Shown here: in pieces, positions 1-12,023 of the stretch
How the letters are laid out: each line of letters begins with the position of its first letter
Numbering within the stretch: position 1 is the first letter of the stretch
From: Klebsormidium nitens
Taxonomy: Eukaryota; Plantae; Klebsormidiophyceae
Direction: 5' to 3'
Length of the DNA: 64,000 bases
Assembly (NCBI GenBank): GCA_000708835.1
Contig: DF237198.1
Coordinates: forward strand, 1-64,000
Made by a program: the position numbers and the translations under genes
Notes under the pieces: generated by a model
The model's database searches: none
Seen by the model: the letters and a program-made list of their open reading frames with translations, nothing else
What the model was told of the DNA's origin: nothing

Positions 1-368
1 ATCGAACGGCGAAGCCGAACACAACTTATCCTGAACGGTGACATCGGCTCACTGAAGCCGATCCATCCGGGATATTACGGCGTCTTGCAGACAGCCACGC
101 AGTGCGTCGTTAAGACGTAACCACCGCCGTTTCGCTAACCCGCAGGTCAACGAAATCCTGTCGAGAACGAGGTTAGGCTTAACCAGTCGTAATCGTTACA
201 CCCAAGTTGCTAACAATGGTCAAACATGAGACGTCAGGCTAGGGGCAATTTTGGGGCAAAAAACCCCTGTGAAACCCATGTTAGAATGACGTCAGCTGGT
301 TCCTTTTGACCAATGCCGTTCCTGGGTATGGTTAGGGGATACCTTAGGGTCAATGTTGACCAGCCATA

Positions 369-1088
369 CACCCCGATTCAGAAGTTTTATAACGTGGACT
401 TATTAATCCTACGGGCAATTGAGGCCATTCTCAATTGGTTTCAAAATTTGGAAAATTAGCCAACCCCTATTATGAGATGTTTGAGGTGCAAGCACCTTGA
501 AAGTTGATGTGAGGTGGCCAATACAAAAATGGCAATAAAATACTAGGACATGTGCCAAATGGCCTTATTTTTGCCACGAATTGTGGTGACCCTTCTGCGG
601 TAAGGCTCCATTCTTGACACCTCAAATGGATTCTTCTTCCTTCCAATGGTGCTTTGTAAACACAATGGCTTGTTGTGTTTCCCCATCGGCTTTCGCCGGA
701 AGAACCGTACTCGAAAGCCGGTGGCGTGCGTACAAAGTCACATGTCCGCCGCGCGAGTTTCGTTGATGATGGAAAAGCTTTGCATTTTAAATTCCAGGGG
801 CCTCGTGTTAACCCCAATCCATTGGTAACGGACCGTTTTGCGAAGCACGCGAGTTTTGCCCATCAAAAAGTGGTCCATGCAAAAAAGTAACAGACTACGG
901 CGGAGACAGAGGCGTCAAGAGGCCATGATCTGGCGCAAATGCTGGCGCATTAGTGGCCTAATTTATACTATATAGGGTTGTGCTCGATTTGGTCAGGTCA
1001 AAGGACACAACCCAATAATGTGTTAACCGTAACCCGGTGAAGTTGCCACGTCATCCGGGTTAGGTTACAAAACTTGTGAATCGGGGTG
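369..1088. mobile_element. Non-autonomous Tc1/mariner-type (Stowaway-like) TIR element, 720 bp
   Basis: TACACCCCGATTCAGAAGTTTTATAAC (367-393) is the reverse complement of GTTACAAAACTTGTGAATCGGGGTGTA (1064-1090) at 25/27 positions. The outer TA on each side fits a TA target-site duplication. No transposase ORF inside. Confidence 0.75.
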
Positions 1089-1148
1089 TAGTCCAAGGGT
1101 TTGGGTTTTTTGTATAAACCCACAGGGTTTTACCCAGTCAATACTTAA

Positions 1149-1168
1149 GCGTGACCATATGGTCACGC
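1149..1168. promoter_or_regulatory. Perfect 20-bp palindrome upstream of the FLD/LDL gene
   Basis: GCGTGACCATATGGTCACGC is self-complementary, and a partial copy (ACCATATGGTCAC) follows at 1172-1184. It lies about 260 bp before the inferred ATG at 1432. A regulatory function is inferred only. Confidence 0.35.
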
Positions 1169-1431
1169 GTTACCATATGGTCACAGTTACGGTCCTAGTG
1201 TTAAGTTTTAGAGCAGACCGAAGGCGACTGGGGACTGCTGGCCCTGAGCCCTGGTGGATCAAGCTGCAAAGCAACAAAACACCAGCTCACAGGTACAGCT
1301 TCAGCTTCAACTTCAAGTTCGAGCGGAAATGTCTTCCCTTGGCCTTAGGAGCTGATACCGTAGCCAACTAGGCTTCAGTACGGTACCCGGCTCGTGTGTG
1401 TCTGTTTTAACTTTAGGAGTTTCAGGGGAGA

Positions 1432-4400
1432 ATGCCTTCGCCTATGGGGTATGATATCGTGCAAGAAGCAAGAGTGCAAATGCAGGGCACGGGGTCCGCA
1501 GCTGCAGGTCCACCAATGAAGGTCGAGAACACGCAGGGCATGGAGGCAGAGCTTGAATCGGATGCACAAGCTGCCAGTGATCCATCACTGTGAGGTTCCA
1601 GCTTTCTTTGTTCAAATCCACAACTCCCTGTTTCTGTCCGGGGATTGCATCAACCCTGGATCATTCGGTTGTCTTAGTGAAAAGCTTTCAAAATGCGATT
1701 GAACCAGCTCCATTGCAGCTTCTGCTTCATCAGCAATCAATGAGCCACATCAAACAAGTAGAAGCCATTATGAGCATTTCATCGTCGGCTGGTGGATTGC
1801 CTCCGGATCTTGATATGTTCTCCTGATTACTTGCTCCTAACCTTAATCAAGATGTTCTTAGAGATTCAATCGACAAAATGACGTCTTTGTTCATGTGAAC
1901 CAAGATGTCAAAGAGAATCTCATTAGCTTCCTATCTCCCAGGGATGTGAAGGAGCCCAGCCGCCGCAGGAGAGTGCCCAAAAGGGCATTTGGGGAAGAGG
2001 ATCAAAAGGCTGTCGAGGAATTCCTGATGGAGGAGGAGGGATCTACAAAGAAGAAGCGTCGACGGCGGTCATTGCAGGAGGTAAGCAGAGTGTATTTGCG
2101 TGCTTACAAGAGAGGATCTTGAAGATTTAAATGATGATCCTTGATGCTTGAGCGATTTGATAGCTAGCCAGAAAGAGATACGTTCTAATTTTTGGTCCAG
2201 CCTTTAGGAGTGCAGTACTTGCTTAGACCATCCACAGCTTTCTGCCCCATCGAATCATCTCGCCCCACAATCTCATCACATCACCATGCCGCCTAGCTTG
2301 GAGGTCTCTCCATTCTGCTGATAACCACGCTTGACAAAATCTTGTAGCATCATACACCATTGGTTCTAGAGGATTCTTGATGCAGAGCCAAATGACCCGG
2401 TCTCTTTCTGCAGGACGACCACATGGAAGCCATAATAGCAGCCGGCATGGGTTTCCCAAACAACTACCTAACTGAAGAAGAGATTCGTGCTGGAGTGGTG
2501 GGGTCGCTAGGGGGCATCGAGCAGGCAAACTACATCGTCATCCGAAACCACATCTTGGCAAAGTGAGGAGACAGTGCGGAATCCCAGTACACTTGTTTGA
2601 GATCGAGAGGTGATAATTAAGTTGAGTTCTCGGAGCTTACTTTTGTGACAAGGCATTTATGCTTTGAAGTATATCACTGCTGACGTGACCCCAGGCCTGG
2701 ACTTCCGAGCAACAGCAGAGTCTGGTCTTGTGAATGGCCAAAAGCAAACGGACTGTCCACTGAAATGAAGAAAAGACAATCGAAACAGGGGAAAACAGCA
2801 TTTAGATTCCTCGGCTTTGAGCCCTGAATCACCTTCCAGATATCAACTCGAATTACTCCTCTGCGAACCGCTGCACATTTCGATTATTTCGCTGACTCTC
2901 GTAACTTTCTGTGCCATTCGTCTTTGGCCATCGATCCATTATAAAAGTCAAAAATTCTGTCTTACAGAGTCCATTGATCACGTCAGCCAACCCTTCATCC
3001 CCCGCAGGTGGCGCCAGAACGTCGACAAGTGGCTGCACGAGAGCGCCATCCTCGAGAACATCCGCAACGAACACAAGCCCCTCGTGCGCGCTGCGTACCG
3101 CTTCCTCTCTCAGGCGGGGTACATCAACTTTGGCGTGGCCCCGGCCATCAAGGAACGCGTTCGCACCGACGGTTCCAAGGCGACTATGATTGTCATCGGG
3201 GCTGGGCTTGCCGGGTTGGCGGCAGCTCGGCAGCTGCTGGCGTTTGGTCACAAGGTGAGGACGAAAGTCATTATGGAGCAGAATACTCGGTCATTTGCAC
3301 CCGGATACAAATGTTCACTCCTCGTGTCTCTCCTCTTCGTCCGCCCCTTCCTCGTGTCCCTTCGCTTCTACTCTCCTGCTGAAGAACTTGCTAATCTTCC
3401 GTTTCGAGCGGAAAGGTTCAGGCTTGACCCTTTTTTTTCATAAGATGAAAGCGCTTTGTCTTTTACAGTATACCCTTAAGTACGTACAGGATTCAGCTAG
3501 AGCAATGGTGTATCCAGCTTACTTATTTCGGATAAGGATGGCTGTGGACGCAAGCAATGTGAGGTGATACAAAACCTGACGCCCCTCTTCTCCCCCCCAG
3601 GTAATCGTCCTTGAGGGCCGTGCCCGTCCCGGCGGGCGCGTTCACACCCGCCAGATGGACGCCGGTGGCCACTCCGCTTCTGCAGACCTTGGCGGGAGTG
3701 TGATAACAGGCACTGACGGGAACCCTCTCGGCGTGTTGGCCCGCCAATTAAAGCTTCCGATGCACCATATCCGGTCGGACCCGTGTCCGATATATGGTCT
3801 GGACGGGCAGAGAGTTGACGAAGAGTTGGATAAGCGGGTGGAGGCGGACTTCAATACGCTGTTGGATAAGGCGGAGGAGACGCGCAAGGCGATGGCCACG
3901 GTGGCAGACAGGTGAGCGGGCTGGCCCATAAGTTGTCGGTGTTTGCTGAAGGCCAAAGATTATGGCGTATTTCACGCACCATGTCGGTACAGATCTCTCA
4001 AAGAGGAGGTTTGTCAAAAGGTGTGAAAAGCAGGGAGTACGTGCGCCGTTTCTATTTCACAATCAGTCGCCAAACTTTTGCTCCTTGCAAGCGGACAAGG
4101 CTTGCGTCGGGTCTGATCGATTTCTTCGTACCGCCATTCTGTTTGGATCTCTTTCCAGCTCCTCCCCGACTGGGTTGAAGACGATTTTTTGTTCGGTCGA
4201 AGGGTCAGAACGGTTGTGAAGCTGACCAACTATACCCCTTTGGAAGAGGAGACTGGATTTCAGAAAACAAGAGGGTCATGAAGCAAACCCTTGTCATGAT
4301 CCTGTACAGCATCAGCCTGGGCTCGACCCTGGACACGCTGCGGCGGTCGTACCGCGTGGCGCAGTCGGAGGAGGAGCGGCAGCTGCTGGACTGGCACGTG

Positions 4401-7400
4401 GCGAACCTGGAGTACGCCAATGCGGGCCTGCTGCACGACCTCAGCCTCGCCTTCTGGGACCAGGTACGAGCCTCAGCTTGTAGTTTGTCCTCCTCATCTT
4501 CGAATTTGAGCTCTCTTTTCGAATTTCTGGCTCTGGCGAGCCTCTGAGAAATTTAGGTTCTTTTTTTGACAATTCAGTTGTTTGTTTTCAGCCGTTTCGT
4601 GTTCTTTCGTTCTAATGGGGCTCACGATGGGGCAGTGCAGTTACTTTTCTCAGACCATGGCCGGCTTTTGTAACTGTCGCTAACAGCGGTGCTGCTTCCT
4701 ACACATTTCGAAGACTGCGGGTTTTCTTCGAGAGTATGATGACGACGCTTCCGTTTGAAAGCTGAGCCGTCTAGATGATTCGCACTTCACCTGAGTAGCT
4801 ACACCTCCATGCTTCTTAACCAGATGCCCCTCTGCTTTTGTTGGAAACTTCGTTGTTCCAACGGCTTGACACTCCAACGCCCTAGACCTTAAACCTTGGA
4901 TCCCGCCAGAGCATACCATACAAGAGTCCAAGATTTCACTCCAAAACGACTCAACCCCTAAACCTGGTGAATTCTTTCTTAGGATGACCCCCACGAGATG
5001 GCCGGCGACCACTGCTTCCTGACCGGCGGCAATGGTCGCCTGGTGTCCGCCCTCGCGGACGGCCTGCCCATCTTCTACGGCCGGACCGTTCGGACAGTCC
5101 GCTACTCAGACGCCGGCGTCCGGGTGCACACTGCGGACGGGCAGGTCTTCGAGGGTGACATGGCGCTGTCCACGATTCCGCTCGGGGTGAGTCTACCGGG
5201 CCCTATGCCCTGGTCGTTCGGATCTCAAGTGATGATTCTTGGATCCAAGACTTGGGACTCTTATATCCGGAAGAGGAAGCCCCGAAAGAAGATTTCAGGT
5301 ATGCGTCTAGAGATAGAGAAAGTGCTCGCCGGAACACCAGCTCTGGTCGATTCCCCGTATAGTAAGTAAGATCAGCGGAACATCCTGTGATCCACCTTCT
5401 CAATCTATCTTTTCGCCTGAACTTGATAGAAAGCCGTCTGCAACATGCGGCACGCTCAGAAAGCTGTTGCTTTGGACCAATGTGGGACGACTGTGCCGGA
5501 TGGATACCTCCCCATCTATCAGATTGAGCACCGGATCGTCAGTGTTGAAGGACTCATGTCCTTTCGAGTTCGACCCCACGACTGCCAAAGTATCACGATC
5601 ACGAGAAACACGGAAGCTGACGTCCTCCCTGCAGTGCCTCAAGCGGGGTGACGTCACCTTCGACCCGCCCCTCCCCAAGGAGAAGGATGCCGCGATCCGG
5701 CGGCTGGGCTTCGGGCTGCTGAACAAGGTGGCGCTGCTATTTCCGCACAACTTCTGGGGCACCGATCTTGACACCTTCGGCCGGGTTGCACCGGACGCGC
5801 ACCGCCGGGGGGAGTACTTCCTCTTCTACAGGTGAGCTACTGTTGGTCAAGCTAACTTTGGAGTTCGAAATCTGGACCATGTATAGGATCTTCATGTATC
5901 TGCCGGATGTTCCATCACGTTGTTCGGCGGAAGTCGGAAGCTGCTGACGACATCGCAACTTCTCCTCCGAAAATCCTCTTAGCAGAGCCTCCCTCGCCCC
6001 CGACATTTCCTTAGCCGGGGTGATTCACTCCGAAAATGAAACGAGGCGCATCCGCTTGATACTGTCGACTTATCAGAATGTCGACTGAGAGACTGTCTCC
6101 CGGAGTGTGAAGAGAATGAGGTGGCGTTAAACTAATCAAAGCAGTAACCAGCAACCTTGACCTTCCGTCACACTTTAATCAAGCTTTTATCCCTTGAATC
6201 CAGAAATGCAAACCTCTGTTTCTCGCTCGCAGTTACGCGGCCGTCTCGGGCGGCGCCCTGCTCCTCGCGCTGGTCGCCGGCGAGGCCGCGCGGCGCTTCG
6301 AGAAGGTCCCCGGCGCTGACGTCATCGCTGAGGTCATGGCCATCCTGCGGTCGATTTACGAACCCCAGGGCATCCTCGTGCCCAACCCGCTCAGTACGCT
6401 ATGCACCCGCTGGGGCAGCGACCCGTTCGCTTATGGGTCGTATAGCCACGTGGCCGTCGGGGCGTCGGGGGACGACTATGACGTCATGGCTGAGAGCTGC
6501 GGGAACGGGCGGCTGTTCTTTGCGGGGGAGGCGACGACGCGTTGGCACCCGGCCACGATGCACGGGGCGTTCCTCACAGGTAGGGGTGTGCGCGGCGCGT
6601 TGGGGAAGATGAAAGGTTTGGGTTGGAGGAAGGAACGGAATTCCTTTGATCAGGGCGGCCAGTGCTGCTGACGCAACTGCACGTGATGATGATGGTCCCA
6701 CCATGCCTGAATTGGGACGTACAGTCCACTTTGTTTCTGTCATTGAAAACCGACGGTATATGCTGCTTACTGCAGTGCGTATCCGTTCGATCTGAGAGCA
6801 TTGATCGAACACAGGAGGATGGACCCATATTCCTGCCGTTTTCAATTCTTCGCATAGAGTTGACCTCTAATCTGGTTTTTTTGGGCTTTCGCTTAAATGG
6901 GAAGTTTTAGTACTTTACTTTACTTTACTGGCCTCATCAGGTCAATGAGGTGGTAACCAGGGTCAGCAAATCCAAAAAGTTGAAAGATGCATTTTTAACG
7001 GCGTTAACCAGGACCAGCGAAACCAGAAACTTGGAAAATACTCGTTCAAAGCGGGATTGTGCTCCGCAGGTCTCCGCGAGGCAGGCTGGATGGACGCGAC
7101 TGCCACCGCGCGCGCGCAGGGCCAGCCAGTGCCCGTCCAGATTGCGCCCTCCAGCCTGTCGCTCCAGGCGGTCACGCTCGCCGAGGTGTTCCGGAAGCCC
7201 GACATGGAGTTCGGCGGCTTCTCTGTCGTGCTTGACCCCAGGTGCGAATCAGAGCTCTGCTTTGTTTGGAGCTGAGACCCGTTGAGACGTGAAGAAAAAG
7301 AAGTTCAGGGCTTCGTTGCTGCTGGCAGGATTGGGGGCTGAGACGCGGCCTCTTGAATACATGTGAGGGTTTATGGACCGGCTCATCTTCGTTGTCATTA

Positions 7401-10400
7401 TTTTGGAACCTCGTCGTTATGGTAAGGTTACATCTGCTGCATCCGCCTTCCTCCCTTTGATACGCAACGCACTTACCCTTTCAGAAACCTCATAAGAGCG
7501 CTCTTGCTCTCCATAATCGTGCCGATCCTCTCCAAAGCTGTCGCCAAGCTTGTCTTCAACCTTTTTCCATTATCTTTTCCCCTTTGTCACTCTCATCATC
7601 CGCAAAGTACCTTTAAAAAGCCCAACGCCCCTCTTTCGTCCTTTACCCCAGCCAAGAATCTCTTTAATACGTGAGCCCTGACTCGTCGCTATCCTATTAG
7701 ACCTGACCCTCCAATCCTGGCAAAAGCACATTCCCGTCCGGCCTCGCCCTTCTTGGTTTAGACCTATGGTTTAGGTAGGATAGTCCCAGGTAGATTATGG
7801 TTATGGCCCGGCGAACGGGTGGGGTTAGGGTGGGTACGGGTGCGGAGCGGGTGTATCTGTCGGTTTGGGCTTTTAATTTTGTTTTCCCTGGGGACTGTTA
7901 CTATCGTACAGAGAAACTATCCTACCTAAGTTATGGGAGTATCTTCTTGGGCGCGGGGCCCTCCTTCACTATTCCCTTTGCAGCCTTGCATTTCAGTGGC
8001 CCTACCTCTAAAATGCAGAACGCCCCTGTACCTACTTTTCCTCCCGCCAGGACCTCCCTCACATGCGTAACCAACCCGTTTCCTAACCCTTGCGTTTCTG
8101 CCACCCCCAGGAGCTCTTCTTCATCCGCCCCCGCCCTCTTGCGCCTGATTCTGCGCAGCCCCCAGTCCCTTACAAAGCCTCTCAAGCCGCCCCAAGACAC
8201 CGAAGCAGAACCCAAAACCACCGCCAAAACCACCTCCAGCCATCCCAATGGTAACGGTGCTGCAGCGCCGAAGGCTGCTGTCTCCGCAAACCCAGCGGTT
8301 AGCCAAACCCTTGGGAACCTCCCCAACGCTTCCCGTTTCAGAGTACCAGACGGTCTTGCGCCCGGTGCTGCTCCAGGGGTAAGCCCAGAGTTGGATCAGG
8401 CAGCGGAAAGACTTTCGGAAGCCAGGCAAGATACGGGGAGGGGGGCCGCAGTTGCTCAAGGGACGGGCCCGGTTGTCACCCCCCTGCCGGGAACACGCGA
8501 AACTTTCCCGGGGTCTGAATCGTTGAAAGAGCCGGACCGAGGAGATGGGATACGGACGGGGAGCAGCGAGATAGCCGGAAATGTGAATGGACTTTCGGGT
8601 GCGAACGGATTCCACGCGTATGGGCGTATGAGAGCTTTTGCGCAAGCGGTTGGAAGCGGGTTGGGCTCGGCAAATGCCGAATCAGGTCTGGCAACAAGCA
8701 GCCCAAAACCGGCTGGGTTAGGGCTCGGACCTTTGGGGTTAGAATCCGAACCCTTTTCCCAGGGGAACAACGGCATTGGGGGGGAGCCCAATCGGACTAG
8801 TTTCGTTGCGAGCAGCGTTGCGCCTGTGGAAAACGGTGCCGGTTTCGGCGACGAAGAGAGACGCCCCGACAACACTATGACGAAGCTCTTCTCGTTCCTG
8901 AAGACCGAAGCGTTGAAAGTGTCCCCCAGAACCCCCCCGCCAGTTGGCGCATTCCCAGTCAGCGGAATTCCGGTCAGCGGAATACCGGCCAACGGAATAC
9001 CGGCCGCTCCTCCGGGCGGAACAGTCAGACCGGCCAGCGCTCTCAGGGTCGAGCCGACGGATGCGCGAACGGAAAGCCATTCTCAGGCGAGCGACACCGG
9101 ACGGGCAGCTCAAACAGCTGTCTCAAGTCACGGTGTGAACACGCTTTCAATGCCCAGGCCTGAACCGAGGTTCCTCGGGGCCGCTGTGCCGGTTCACATT
9201 AGTGCAAATAGCGGCATGCCAGGGGCGGGAACTGGCGGTGAGAATGTGCCCGGGGCGTGTCGACTTCTTCCTTTTGCTTCTGCTCGCCCGATGCCCGTCC
9301 AAAGTCCGCAACTGGACGTCCGAAATACGCCTTTGGAAAGTCCGGCAAGTCGGATACTGAATCCTGCCATTCCAAGCTCTTCAAACGGTCCACAGACGAT
9401 GAACGGCCCCGCTTTGCCTGTCTCTACGGGCGCCCAAACGGGAACCGCTGCGGGGTTGGTACAGAACCGGACTTCTCACATTGCCAGTGCCCCGGTTACC
9501 AGACCCGCCGTCGAAAACTTGGCAGATGCAAGGCCGGAGAGTACTTCGGTGGGAGCAGGGGAGAAAGGCGGCACGAGTCCAGGGAGTCAGCCGTCCGATC
9601 TGGTCGACGACAAATCGACGGTCTTAAAAGTCCCGGCCGCAAATGGAGACGCCAAGGGGGGGTCCAAGAAGAAGCCGGCGCAAGTCGCGGGAGCGGCAGG
9701 GGGGAGGAAGAAGCGGCGGCGCGCCGCCCCGACGGACGCATTTACACCGCCCCAGAAGGAGCTGGCGGTGTATACGGTGGTAACGCGGGGCCAGGCGGAG
9801 CAGCTGAGGGAGGTCAAGGGGGGGGACCGGGCGCGGCTGCAGGTGCGTAGAGGGATCCCTCGAGTTTTGCCCTCTTTCATGGAATGCCTTTATGGAATTT
9901 ATAATTTTTCGACGTGTTATGGCAATACTTAGGAGTATAGCCCGGGTTCTGGACGCTGTTTTCGACTTCAACGTCAACGTGAATTGCTTGAGACTTTGTG
10001 TCGTTGAAAAGGACTGCCTTGTCGTGACTGCATTCTTGGCGAACCTTCTCTTAGCTTTGTCAGCTAGAGCAGGCACTCGTTAAAACGGCGCGCATTGACA
10101 CCAGTTGATTTTCTACATCTTGACAGACCCTAGTCGACACATTCGGTGTCAAGTTGGTGGGCCGGCACGGGCTGGGCTCTGCGGGCGAGGCGCTGCTGGC
10201 GGCGCTCAATGGGCCCCACCTGGTGGCCGGTGGGCTGCTGCCACGTGGCCAAGCTGACATTATGAAGCGTATGAACAAGGCCAAAGAAGTCACGGAGGGC
10301 AACGGCGTTCGGCAACAAGTGCGGCCCCGGCAAAGCAGGCCACAAGCGGAGCCGGAACGAGAGGGGATTGCAAAATCGGAGCCACGTGTCCTAAAAGCAG

Positions 10401-10468
10401 CAGTACGAACCACCGTGACAGCGTCGGTTAGCCTCAGCAAGCCAAAACCTGAGCCCGCAAGTTCTTAG
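1432..10468 (+). CDS. FLD: LSD1-family lysine-specific histone demethylase (SWIRM + FAD amine oxidase), FLD/LDL1/LDL2 clade; multi-exon
   Basis: Approximate exons: 1432-1589, 1942-2080, ~2413-2562 (GFPNNYLTEEEI...GGIEQANYIVIRNHILAK, SWIRM), ~3008-3253 (VIGAGLAGLAAARQL, FAD-binding), 3601-3911, ~4310-4463, ~4983-5186, ~5635-5831 (GFGLLNKV, catalytic Lys), ~6232-6579 (WGSDPFAYGSYS, FFAGEAT..HPATMHGAF), ~7069-7241 (FRKPDMEFGGF), 8111-9842, 10127-10468 (FGVKLVGRHGLG). Splice phases are consistent where checked. The choice of FLD over LDL1/LDL2 is tentative. Confidence 0.93.
7771..7929. repeat. 14-bp perfect inverted repeat in an FLD intron (possible mini-MITE)
   Basis: TTAGGTAGGATAGT (7771-7784) pairs with ACTATCCTACCTAA (7916-7929). 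TA is present at both ends. Confidence 0.4.
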
Positions 10469-11517
10469 CACGGGATGTTTTATTGACCTAGCTTCTGCCT
10501 TGGCGAATCATAAAGAAGGTCTACGCAAACTTCGATTGTCCTCATTAGTTGGCAGATCCCAGGCCTCGATGTTGAAGATCTCCGTAAGTAGAGGTAGCAG
10601 GATAGGGGATTGTACGCTGCGGGAGCTCAACACTTGAGAGAGGAATGAGACTTGCCACGGGGTTTCCGAGATTTGACGATTCTCGGAGTTTCCACATCGA
10701 TTTTCACACTCTGTTAAGTGTTGAGCTTCCATTGCGTACAATCCTCTAGTCCAGCCGTTTCGTCTCTTTTCCGGACTTGCAAGGTTTCGAGCATTGAGGG
10801 GTCGAGACTCGCCCATGCAGTGAGCACGTTACAGTGGCTTCTATATGGCAAACTCAATTTCATCAAAAGGGTTGTAAGAGCCAGGGACTTTTACAGACTT
10901 GAGCATGCAAGTTTGACTACGGTATCATGGCATGCGTATAGGTATTATTTAACATGGTTTCACAGAGAGTGGCTGCGGGCGGCCGTGCTCAGTGCATGAG
11001 TTGATCGACCGGGCTGCGCACATGATCTTGCTGAATTATAACCAGGCCGGGCCGCTCAACCGTGCACATGCCTTTTCAATACATATGCTGCACCCTTCCG
11101 AATCCCTAGCGCCACTGTTTCGCTACACCCTCGTCATTGGGCATGTCAGTGCACCATTGGCTGCAAACCGGCATGCATGCGCAACTTGCACTGCGCCATG
11201 CACAAAAAGCAGGTGCATCCGGGTGTATGTGCAATGCTAAGCAACATGTTGCATACCATTTGATGGAACAGTCAGCACATGCCATATCACTATACCGTAC
11301 ACAAGCAAGAGAAGGATATCCGGTGTGCAACTCAATGTGTTTGTAGCTGGCCCTCGAGAAGCCCGAGTATTGTACCCCCATGTACCCTCTCGTGCAGAGC
11401 CCGCTGCACGGCTTCCCCTTTCTGTTCCAGAGTCCAGTCTTCCGTGCCATTCTGATCTGCAAGGAGGAGAACAAAGTCAACTCCTGCCAAAAGCAGAAAT
11501 CTCAGTGGACTGCCTTA

Positions 11518-11906
11518 GGGTGTCGTTCCACGAGCGGTGGTGGAAGTCAGCAAAATAAATAAAAGATGTGGCTCTGAAGTGGCCGGAATTTGCCTGGAAG
11601 TTCAATATATTACCAATTTCCGGCCGCTCGTGGAATAGCTCGCCGGTGGAAGTTGCATTTAAAAAATGCGCACTTACTGCTTAATCCGACATGGCGTCGT
11701 CTCATTCGCTGATAGGGTGCCACGTCCCGGCACAGAAAAATGTTTTTGTTCGACCCTACAAATACTCGGGTCGAGTTTTAATAAAAGTTGTGCCGCCGAC
11801 GTGGCATTTATTTGCCCGGAAGTCCGCCCGTTGACCGACGGCAGAAACAATTCGGGCCAATCAGGGAATTTATATTTCTACTTCCACCGCTCGTGGAACG
11901 ACACCC
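11518..11906. mobile_element. PIF/Harbinger-type (Tourist-like) MITE, 389 bp
   Basis: Perfect 23-bp TIR GGGTGTCGTTCCACGAGCGGTGG / CCACCGCTCGTGGAACGACACCC. Direct TTA target duplication at 11515-11517 and 11907-11909. Internal copies of TIR sub-motifs at ~11624 and ~11644. Confidence 0.88.
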
Positions 11907-12023
11907 TTACACATTGGCACCAGCACCAAGCATTTGTAGCGCAAATGCAGACTCACAGCATGCTCTCGACTTCAAATTGACCCCAGAACGACGTGTGCAA
12001 TACTAGCTCAACATACGGGTTGC

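Noticed and set aside
190-366. TTAGG/TAGGG-rich tracts (also at 7820-7850 and 56120-56230) as telomeric repeats
   Set aside because: Scattered degenerate motifs with no tandem TTAGGG or TTTAGGG array.
7797-9932. 711-aa ORF as a stand-alone gene
   Set aside because: It is the long internal FLD exon (8111-9842) plus read-through into the flanking introns; the splice sites and phases fit the FLD model.
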